Shown: positions 31,320-38,732 of the stretch, one piece after another
Layout of the letters: the number at the start of each line of letters is the position of its first letter
Position numbering within the stretch: position 1 is the first letter of the stretch
Assembly (NCBI GenBank): GCA_964627635.1
Contig: CAZVKP010000001.1
Span: forward strand, 1-49,436
DNA from: an uncultured Calditrichaceae bacterium
Lineage (GTDB): Bacteria > Calditrichota > Calditrichia > RBG-13-44-9
Length of the DNA: 49,436 nt
Reading direction: 5' to 3'
Translations under genes and position numbers: made by a program
The notes under the pieces: generated by a model
Told to the model about the DNA's origin: nothing
Database searches by the model: none
Seen by the model: only the letters and a program-made list of their open reading frames with translations

Positions 31320-31395
31320 AACCGCCTCTCAGTAGATTGTCACAAAAAAACGTGAACTTCAAAACCCCTCTCAATCTACCGAGAGGGGTTTTTTT
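31258..31395 (+). promoter_or_regulatory. Ribosome-mediated transcription attenuator with alternative 1:2, 2:3 and 3:4 hairpins
   Basis: Segment 1 is ctactgagag (31258-31267) and segment 2 is ctctcagtagattg (31326-31339). Segment 3 is caatctaccgagag (31372-31385). Pairing 1:2 is 10/10, 2:3 is 13/14, and 3 overlaps the terminator loop and 3' arm. Confidence 0.7.
31365..31395 (+). terminator. Rho-independent terminator (attenuator 3:4 hairpin)
   Basis: The stem cccctctc/gagagggg has an 8-nt loop and is followed by T7 (31389-31395), 35 nt upstream of the aroF start. Confidence 0.8.
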
Positions 31396-31429
31396 ATATG
31401 TAGGTGGTATTAACTTAAGGAGGTGCATT

Positions 31430-32461
31430 ATGGTAGTGGTTATGAAACTCCATGCTTCCAGGGATGAAATAAATAATGTGGAGCAATTTATCAATAAACA
31501 TGGTGCCCGGGCTCATATTTCAGTGGGCGAGCAGCGAACAATTATTGGTGTAATTGGTTACCGACATCAGGTTCGTAGAGAGCATGTTCAGAGACTGCCT
31601 GGGGTGGATAATGTGATCCCGATTTCCAAACCGTATAAATTGGTGAGCCGGGAATTTAAACGGGATGATACAGTTATTCCATTGAATGGCGTTCAAATCG
31701 GTGGGCCTAAGCCGGTAGTGATTGCCGGTCCCTGCTCGGTAGAAAGTGAGGACCAGATATTAGAGACGGCATCAATTGTTAAAAAGAATGGCGGTCATCT
31801 ATTGAGGGGAGGTGCGTTTAAACCTCGCACCAGTCCTTACAGTTTTCAGGGTTTAGGTGAAGAAGGCTTGCGCTATTTACAAAAGGCAAAAGAAGAAACC
31901 GGACTTTATATTGTTACCGAAGTTTTGGAGGCGATGCACGTTCCGTTGGTTGCAAAATATGCAGATGTTCTTCAAGTTGGTGCCCGAAATATGCAAAATT
32001 ATGAATTGCTTAAAGAAGTGGGACGTCAACAAAAACCTGTGCTACTGAAACGTGGAATGTCTGCAACGTTAACAGAGTTTTTGATGAGCGCTGAATATAT
32101 TATGTCCGAGGGTAACAGCCAGGTAATTTTATGTGAACGTGGGATTCGAACATTTGTTGAATACACCCGGAATACTTTAGATTTGAATGTAGTACCCACT
32201 ATCAAGCAAATTTCACATTTGCCGATAATGGTAGATCCAAGTCATGGGACCGGAAAACGTAATTTAATTGAACCGTTGAGTCTCGGAGCACTGGCAGTGG
32301 GAGCAGATGGTTTGATTGTGGAAGTTCATCCCCGTCCGGAAGAAGCCTGGTCCGATGCCGAACAAACACTGAATCCATCAGAATTTCATCATTTGATGGA
32401 AAAAATTAATTATTTTACCCGGTGTCATAGAAATGTCGAAACTGTCGAAAAAGCCGTATGA
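31430..32461 (+). CDS. aroF: 3-deoxy-7-phosphoheptulonate (DAHP) synthase, type I-beta, with an N-terminal ferredoxin-like/ACT-like regulatory domain
   Basis: GPCSVES...GGAFKPRTSPYSFQGLGEEGL...VDPSHG motifs are present. AAGGAGG lies at 31417-31423. The longer ORF from 31295 would read through the terminator and is rejected. Confidence 0.9.
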   Translation: MVVVMKLHASRDEINNVEQFINKHGARAHISVGEQRTIIGVIGYRHQVRREHVQRLPGVDNVIPISKPYKLVSREFKRDDTVIPLNGVQIGGPKPVVIAGPCSVESEDQILETASIVKKNGGHLLRGGAFKPRTSPYSFQGLGEEGLRYLQKAKEETGLYIVTEVLEAMHVPLVAKYADVLQVGARNMQNYELLKEVGRQQKPVLLKRGMSATLTEFLMSAEYIMSEGNSQVILCERGIRTFVEYTRNTLDLNVVPTIKQISHLPIMVDPSHGTGKRNLIEPLSLGALAVGADGLIVEVHPRPEEAWSDAEQTLNPSEFHHLMEKINYFTRCHRNVETVEKAV

Positions 32462-33768
32462 TTGAATCAGAATTTGATACAAATAAGGAAATGGAATTCA
32501 CCAACCTTCCGCACATAGAAATCAAAACCGGTGTATTGAGTGGAAAAACCAATGCACCTCCTTCCAAAAGTATTACCCACCGGTTGCTGATTATTGCGGC
32601 ACTTTCCGGACAGAGATGGCACATTAAAAATCCACTTTTCAGCGATGATACCCGAATTACGCTGGATGCTTTAAATCAGATGGGATTTTCCATGAATAGT
32701 ATCCCAAATGAATTTGTTTTGGATGGAACTCATAAAAATATTGAATCGCCGTCGGTGATATTTTTTGGTAATTCCGGAACCAGTGCTCGCCTCCTCACTG
32801 CGGTAGCCGCATCGATTTCCGGTGAGTTTCATTTGGACGGAACAGAGCGGATGCGTCAGCGTCCCATGTTTCCATTAATAAATGCATTGCAGCAATTGGG
32901 TGCGGAAATTGAGCATCAAAATGGATATTTGCCAATGGACGTTTCGGGAGGGAACTTAAAGGGTGGTGAAGTCATCATCGATGCCTCCCAGTCATCCCAA
33001 TTTATTTCAGCATTACTTTTAATTGCCCCTTATTTAAAACAAGATTTAACCATACTTCCCGAAGGAACAATCGCATCCAGCGGTTACGTGGATTTAACCT
33101 TTTCTTTAATGAGAAAAAATGGGATCGAAGTTAAAAAAGACGGGGAAAAGATTGTACTACCCGGAAATCAAAATTATGTGATGCGTGACGACAAGGTAGA
33201 AGGCGACTACTCCAGTGCATCGTATTTTTTGGCTGGTGCTGCGTTAACCGGAGGATCGGTGACTGTTAGTAATCTTGAGCAAAGCTCTCACCAGTCTGAT
33301 CAAATAATATTGGAAATTTTGAGTGAAGCAGGAGCGAGAGTTGTGAGGGAATCGGACAAAGTTATTGTGAAAGGCGGCAAAATCAAGGGAATTGATATGG
33401 ATATGCAAAGTTGTCCGGATATCGTCCCCACCGTGGCAGTAATGGCATTATTTGCCACAGGAGATACAAGAATGAGAAATGTAAGGCATCTTCAATTCAA
33501 AGAATCCGATCGCCTCAAGGCGATTCAGGAAAATATATCCAGATTGGGAGGAGAGTCTGAAATTGAAGGAAATGATCTGATCATAAAGCCTCGTCCGCTT
33601 AAAGGCGCTACTCTGCCAACTTATGATGATCACAGAATTGCCATGAGTTTTGCCCTGGCTGGATTACGGGTAAAAGGGGTGAGTATTGAGAATCCAAAAT
33701 GTGTTGAAAAATCTTTTCCTGAATTTTGGCGAGAATTTTATCAAATGATTCAAATTAAAGAGAATTGA
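32458..33768 (+). CDS. aroA: 3-phosphoshikimate 1-carboxyvinyltransferase (EPSP synthase)
   Basis: PPSKSITHRLLIIAAL and GNSGTSARLL motifs are present. There is a 4-nt ATGA overlap with aroF. Confidence 0.9.
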   Translation: MIESEFDTNKEMEFTNLPHIEIKTGVLSGKTNAPPSKSITHRLLIIAALSGQRWHIKNPLFSDDTRITLDALNQMGFSMNSIPNEFVLDGTHKNIESPSVIFFGNSGTSARLLTAVAASISGEFHLDGTERMRQRPMFPLINALQQLGAEIEHQNGYLPMDVSGGNLKGGEVIIDASQSSQFISALLLIAPYLKQDLTILPEGTIASSGYVDLTFSLMRKNGIEVKKDGEKIVLPGNQNYVMRDDKVEGDYSSASYFLAGAALTGGSVTVSNLEQSSHQSDQIILEILSEAGARVVRESDKVIVKGGKIKGIDMDMQSCPDIVPTVAVMALFATGDTRMRNVRHLQFKESDRLKAIQENISRLGGESEIEGNDLIIKPRPLKGATLPTYDDHRIAMSFALAGLRVKGVSIENPKCVEKSFPEFWREFYQMIQIKEN

Positions 33769-33801
33769 TTAAACTTATGAATACAATATATCGGAGTTTT
33801 A

Positions 33802-35145
33802 ATGAGTGGTAATTTGTTTGGAAAAGCATTTCAAGTCATGACATTTGGAGAGAGCCACGGGCCATACATTGGTCTGGTAATTGATGGTGTTAAACCGGGA
33901 ATACCCATTGAGGTGGAGGATATCCAGAAAGAGTTGGATCGACGTCGTCCGGGGCAAAGCGATATTGTAACCCCTCGCAAGGAAACCGATCAGGTGGAAA
34001 TTATCAGTGGTATTTTTGAAGGGAAGACGACCGGAACCCCACTGACAATGTTAATTAGAAATCAAGACCAACGCTCCAAAGATTATCAAAAATTGAAGAA
34101 CATTTTACGACCCGGACATGCCAGTTACACATTCTTAAAAAAATACGGTGTTTTCGATTATCGCGGCGGGGGAAGAGCCAGCGGACGTGAGACTGCTACG
34201 CGGGTAGCAGCCGGCGCTGTTGCGAAACAATTCTTGAGTCAAAGGGGCATCCAAATTATTGCTTATACCAAACAGATATCTGATATTCAAATTGAATCTA
34301 TTGATTATAAACAGATCGAACAAAATGCGGTGAGAGCCCCGGACGAGAGTGCTGCTGAAAGAATGATACAAGCGATTAATCGGGCAAAAGAAGAGGGTGA
34401 TTCGCTGGGCGGCGTAATCGAGATTGTGGTAAAGAACTCACCTGTTGGTTTAGGCGAGCCTGTATTTCATAAGCTGGAAGCAGATTTAGCACAGGGATTG
34501 ATGTCCATTGGAGCGGTGAAAGCTTTTGAGATGGGAAGCGGTTTCGATGCAGCGAATATGAAGGGCAGTGAACACAACGATTCTTGCTATTTTGATAAAA
34601 CTGAAAACCGGATCAGAACCCGAACCAACAATTCAGGAGGTGTAGTAGGTGGAATTACCAATGGAGAAAATTTGATTATGCGAGTTGCTGTTAAACCACC
34701 TTCATCAATTAATAAATCACAGGAAACTGTCGATCTTTCCGGAAATCCGGTGACATTCGAAGTGGGCGGCCGTCACGATCCGTGCATTTGTCCACGTGTT
34801 GTTCCCGTAGCTGAAGCAATGGCTGCACTGGTCTTGATCGATCACATTTTATTGCAGGAAAGAATATCAGAAAATGACAGCCTGCAAAATTTACGTGAAA
34901 AAATTGATACAATTGATGTGCAATTATTACTCTTGCTAAGCAAGCGTCGCCACTTAATTGGGGAAATTGCAGAAATCAAGAAATCAAAAAATATTGAGAT
35001 TGATGATCCTGAGAGAGAGCAAGAAGTGAGGGAGAAGTGGCATAAGTTAGCCACCGAACTGGAGATTCCTTCCGATGTCGTCGAACGTCTCATTAATATA
35101 GTTTTTGATCACTCCAAAAATACACAAAAGGACTTGTTAAAATGA
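33802..35145 (+). CDS. aroC: Chorismate synthase fused to a C-terminal AroQ-type chorismate mutase domain
   Basis: FGESHG and GGGRASGRETATRV identify chorismate synthase. The last ~88 aa (nt about 34879-35142), LREKIDTIDVQLLLLLSKRRHLIGEIAEIKK...DPEREQEV, look like a CM_2 helix bundle. Confidence 0.85.
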   Translation: MSGNLFGKAFQVMTFGESHGPYIGLVIDGVKPGIPIEVEDIQKELDRRRPGQSDIVTPRKETDQVEIISGIFEGKTTGTPLTMLIRNQDQRSKDYQKLKNILRPGHASYTFLKKYGVFDYRGGGRASGRETATRVAAGAVAKQFLSQRGIQIIAYTKQISDIQIESIDYKQIEQNAVRAPDESAAERMIQAINRAKEEGDSLGGVIEIVVKNSPVGLGEPVFHKLEADLAQGLMSIGAVKAFEMGSGFDAANMKGSEHNDSCYFDKTENRIRTRTNNSGGVVGGITNGENLIMRVAVKPPSSINKSQETVDLSGNPVTFEVGGRHDPCICPRVVPVAEAMAALVLIDHILLQERISENDSLQNLREKIDTIDVQLLLLLSKRRHLIGEIAEIKKSKNIEIDDPEREQEVREKWHKLATELEIPSDVVERLINIVFDHSKNTQKDLLK

Positions 35146-35885
35146 AATCTATGGGATTGATCGGATTTGGCAGGTTTGGTCAGGTTCTTTTCAGGCAATT
35201 GAACCAATTAATCGATATCCACATTTACGATCCTTATGTTAATGTTCATCCAAATGACAACATTCCATTAACCTCTCTGGAGTCTGTTTGCCGGAATCCT
35301 TTGGTTGTCGTAGCGGTTCCGGTTTCAGCTATCCGAAGTATCTCAGAACAGATGACTAATTATCTTATGGACAATGTTGTAGTTATGGATGTTTGTGGGG
35401 TGAAAGAATATCCGCTTAAAATAATGACGCAATTTTTCCCCGAAAGAGTCCAAATTTTAGGAAGTCATCCGTTGTTTGGCCCGGATTCGGTAATTTCGGA
35501 TCTCACTGATCATTTAATGATCCTGACTCCCCAGCGAATTTCTGATGCAAGATTAAAGGAAATAAAAACATTTTGGAAGCAATTTGGTCTTAAGTTAATT
35601 GAGATGAGCGCGGAAGAACAGGATCGTTTGATGGCATGGACGCTGGCATTAACTCACTTTTTGGGACGTGGATTAAATGGATTACCTTTACCGGATACCG
35701 GAATTGCTACCAGGGATTATCAAAATTTACTGCGACTAATGGAAAAAATAAACCGGGACACCTGGGAGCTTTTCGAAGACATGCACCGGTATAATCCTTA
35801 TACTTCCGAGATGCGGGAAAGACTTTTACAATCCATGACAGAATTAAAAAATAAGTTGGACAAATTAAAACCCGTTGAATTCTAA
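35142..35885 (+). CDS. tyrA: Prephenate (or arogenate) dehydrogenase
   Basis: MGLIGFGRFGQ (GxGxxG) and SHPLFGP motifs are present. There is an ATGA overlap with aroC. Confidence 0.75.
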   Translation: MKSMGLIGFGRFGQVLFRQLNQLIDIHIYDPYVNVHPNDNIPLTSLESVCRNPLVVVAVPVSAIRSISEQMTNYLMDNVVVMDVCGVKEYPLKIMTQFFPERVQILGSHPLFGPDSVISDLTDHLMILTPQRISDARLKEIKTFWKQFGLKLIEMSAEEQDRLMAWTLALTHFLGRGLNGLPLPDTGIATRDYQNLLRLMEKINRDTWELFEDMHRYNPYTSEMRERLLQSMTELKNKLDKLKPVEF

Positions 35886-36112
35886 GTACCAATTTCACTA
35901 CACATTTAAATACCCTCGCTCGGTATAGTCACGCAATTACCATTCATTCCCTTTAAAATTTGCTTGATGATAACCGTCCTGTTTGATAAATTAAAATATG
36001 ATTATGTCATTTGCTCAGCTTTCTGTATTAATATTAAATTATTTGTATGACTTGGTGATTGTATTAATACCTCATCCCTTTCCCCTCACACGGTGACCAC
36101 TATGTGGCATCC

Positions 36113-36147
36113 CCCTTCCCCTTCTCCAATTTGGAGAAGGGGAAGGG
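36113..36147. repeat. 35-nt perfect palindrome (17-nt arms around one central base) rich in C/G runs
   Basis: The sequence cccttccccttctccaatttggagaaggggaaggg was verified base by base as self-complementary. Confidence 0.9.
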
Positions 36148-36164
36148 CGTGTAACAATCTTCAA

Positions 36165-36244
36165 ACTGATCAGAATGCATATCTGGGGGATGGGATTGAG
36201 GTTCATTTAAAATTGATATTGTATATTTATTAATCAAGCTGATC
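36165..36244. repeat. Copy 2 of the 80-bp dispersed intergenic element (partner at 3341-3420)
   Basis: 73/80 positions are identical to copy 1, ungapped and in the same orientation. It lies 68 nt upstream of the SDR gene. Confidence 0.85.
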
Positions 36245-36311
36245 TAGCGACATAATGATAAATTTAACATAATAAGTTCGAATGATCACAAAATTATTTC
36301 GGGAATATTAG

Positions 36312-37070
36312 ATGGAATCACAAAACAAAGTTGCAGTAGTTACCGGCGGGGGGCAAGGAATTGGAAAAGCGATTGCTAAAAAATTCCTTCAAAATGGAAT
36401 AAAAGTAGTGATCGCTGAAATTGATGAAGAGGCGGGAAAAGAAACACAACTGGAATTGAGTAATGAGGGTGATATTCGATTTATACCCTGCGATGTAGGA
36501 AGCGAATCCTCCGTAAAAAATATGATTGCGGAGATTATTCAACAATTTGGTCAGCTTGATTATCTGATTAACAATGCGGCGATCTCAAATAATAAACCGT
36601 TGGAAGAGCTGTCTTCGATTGAATGGAGTCGTGTGATTGAGGTGAATCTAACCGGAACATTTTTATGTGTAAAATATGCAGCACCATATCTGAAGCAACA
36701 CAAAGGTGCGTTGATCAATATTGCTTCCACCCGAGCATTCATGTCCGAAGCAAATACCGAAGCATATTCAGCTACTAAAGGTGGAATTGTTGGACTCACT
36801 CATGCGCTTTCGATAAGCTTGGGACCGGATGTGCGGGTAAACTGCATCAGTCCCGGTTGGATTGACACCACCGACTGGCAGAAATCTTCCCATCGCAAAA
36901 AAATAGAATGGAGTAAGGAAGATCATTCTCAACATCCTGTTGGCAGAGTTGGCATACCCAATGATGTGGCATCTTTGGCACTGTTTTTAGTATCACCTGA
37001 AAATAGTTTCATCACCGGTGCAAATTTTATTGTAGATGGTGGCATGACCAGAAAAATGATTTATGTTTAG
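36312..37070 (+). CDS. Short-chain dehydrogenase/reductase (FabG/glucose dehydrogenase-like)
   Basis: VTGGGQGIGKAIA (TGxxxGIG), NNAA and YSATKGG (YxxxK) motifs are present. Confidence 0.85.
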   Translation: MESQNKVAVVTGGGQGIGKAIAKKFLQNGIKVVIAEIDEEAGKETQLELSNEGDIRFIPCDVGSESSVKNMIAEIIQQFGQLDYLINNAAISNNKPLEELSSIEWSRVIEVNLTGTFLCVKYAAPYLKQHKGALINIASTRAFMSEANTEAYSATKGGIVGLTHALSISLGPDVRVNCISPGWIDTTDWQKSSHRKKIEWSKEDHSQHPVGRVGIPNDVASLALFLVSPENSFITGANFIVDGGMTRKMIYV

Positions 37071-37077
37071 ATATATC

Positions 37078-37101
37078 AAAATGGATTTAAAAATCCATTT
37101 T
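37078..37101 (+). terminator. Weak AT-rich hairpin after the SDR gene
   Basis: AAAATGGAT...ATCCATTTT forms a stem of about 9 bp. Confidence 0.3.
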
Positions 37102-37202
37102 AAGATTTTAATTCGATTGATTTTGCTTGTTCGCAGTGTTCATGAATCATTTTAGCCACACTTCCGTAGTTCTGAATATCATTTAAAACGGAGGAGCAAA
37201 GA

Positions 37203-38270
37203 ATGAAATCTGCAAAATGTTTTACTATCACTCCCAATTTGCTGACCAAAATGTTGTGCTATGCCTGGATGTTCTTTTTTGTGTTCAGTCAAATAAATCC
37301 AAGCACTGGCAGTAGTCAAAGTCTAAACATTCCCAGCAAACATTTTGGTCTCAGTATCGGCAATTCAAAAAAATTTAAAGGATTCCGGATTAACTTTCGA
37401 GACCACAAGGTGGAGGAGATAAATGGTATTAATGTAACTTTATGGCGGTCGAAAAATAACAGAAGTGCGGAAGTCAATGGCATATCGTTAGGTATAATGC
37501 CGGATGCCGGATATTTGAATGGTATTCAACTGGGTGCCTTGGGCGTAGGAGCTGATAAAAAAGTATCCGGTGTATCGCTGGGACTTTTGGGGGTTGGTGC
37601 AGGGACCGAAATTAATGGTATTGCAATTGGCGGATTGGGTGCCGGTTCCGGTGTTCATACCAAGGGGCTTGTTATCGGTGGATTGGGAGCAGGCTCGGGC
37701 GGAAATATGACCGGTATTTCTATTGGTGGATTGGGCGCAGGTGCCGGTGGCGATATGACAGGAATTAGTGTTGGCGGTCTTGGAGCAGGCGCTGGTGGGA
37801 ATATGAGTGGACTGTCAATTGGGGGGTTGGGAGCTGGTGCAGGGGGTAACCTCACCGGGATAACAATAGGCGGTTTAGGCGCAGGTGCCGGTGGAAATAT
37901 TACCGGTTTAACCATAGCTGGTATTGGTGCCGGTTGTGGCGGAGAGTTAAAGGGCATTACATTGGGCGGCATTGCCGCCGGTGCGCCGAAAGTGACCGGA
38001 TTAACGATTGGTGGATTTGCTGTTGGTGGAGTGCAACTCCAAGGAATCCAGGTAGCAACCGCCTGGATTAAAGTAGAAAACGAAGGAAATTTGAAAGGAT
38101 TCTGTGCCAGTGCCTTCAATCAAATAAAAGGAACACAAACAGGCATATCACTCGGTATCTTTAATTTCGCATATAAATTAAATGGGATTCAATTCGGTGT
38201 GTTAAATTATGTTCGGGATAACCCACCACTTATGAAAATTTTACCGCTTCTGAACTTTAACTTTGATTAA
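37203..38270 (+). CDS. Secreted Gly-rich repeat protein (about 20-aa GISIGGLGAGAGGNxT repeats; LA_2272-like surface repeat family?)
   Basis: It has an N-terminal hydrophobic signal/anchor. At least 8 consecutive 20-residue repeats lie between about 37600 and 38050. The C-terminus reads GIQFGVLNY...LPLLNFNF. Confidence 0.55.
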   Translation: MKSAKCFTITPNLLTKMLCYAWMFFFVFSQINPSTGSSQSLNIPSKHFGLSIGNSKKFKGFRINFRDHKVEEINGINVTLWRSKNNRSAEVNGISLGIMPDAGYLNGIQLGALGVGADKKVSGVSLGLLGVGAGTEINGIAIGGLGAGSGVHTKGLVIGGLGAGSGGNMTGISIGGLGAGAGGDMTGISVGGLGAGAGGNMSGLSIGGLGAGAGGNLTGITIGGLGAGAGGNITGLTIAGIGAGCGGELKGITLGGIAAGAPKVTGLTIGGFAVGGVQLQGIQVATAWIKVENEGNLKGFCASAFNQIKGTQTGISLGIFNFAYKLNGIQFGVLNYVRDNPPLMKILPLLNFNFD

Positions 38271-38732
38271 GGCAATTTTTTTCGGATTAGTTCTGAATAT
38301 GATATTATGTAAACAATGTGGCAAAGATATTTAATTACCAATTAAAAGTAACTTTTAATTGTAGAAATAAAATTTATTTTAACATTATAATTTAAGTTTT
38401 AAGTTATTAAAGTGGGAGATAAAGAACAGTTCTCTTTGCTTTTTTATGTTGAGAGTTGTTATTTTTTACTTGTAGTTTCACTTCCGTTAAACAGTTTACA
38501 TACATTAGCCCTCCCCAAAATGTCAAATAAAATTGCGAATATTTATTAATTTGTATTTCAAAATTAAAGTTGAAGTAATTATCTTGTATTTATCGACGAC
38601 GCGTCCAAATTTTTTACGGCGCTTTTAAATAAAGATCTGTATGGAAACCGGATTGTGTCACATTATATTGATTTTTAATTAATATAACTTAATGTATTTT
38701 GACTTAAAGAAAATTATGTTTGGAAGCAAGCC

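Noticed and set aside
31295-31429. A long N-terminal extension of the DAHP synthase ORF (start at 31295)
   Set aside because: It would translate through the attenuator hairpins and the T7 terminator tract. A strong AAGGAGG lies before the ATG at 31430, and the DAHPS regulatory domain starts there.
37600-38050. The tandem 60-bp repeats as a CRISPR-like array
   Set aside because: The repeats are contiguous with no unique spacers. They lie inside a continuous ORF and encode a coherent Gly-rich peptide repeat.
37655-38119. A 154-aa Pro-rich ORF on the minus strand
   Set aside because: It is the mirror image of the Gly-rich (GGN) repeats on the plus strand, because GGN antisense gives NCC (Pro). 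It is not an independent gene.
38271-38732. Island boundary signals (tRNA, integrase, direct repeats) upstream of the defence genes
   Set aside because: No tRNA-like sequence, integrase or transposase ORF, or obvious att-like repeat could be seen. The right-hand end of the island is outside the window, so mobility cannot be claimed.
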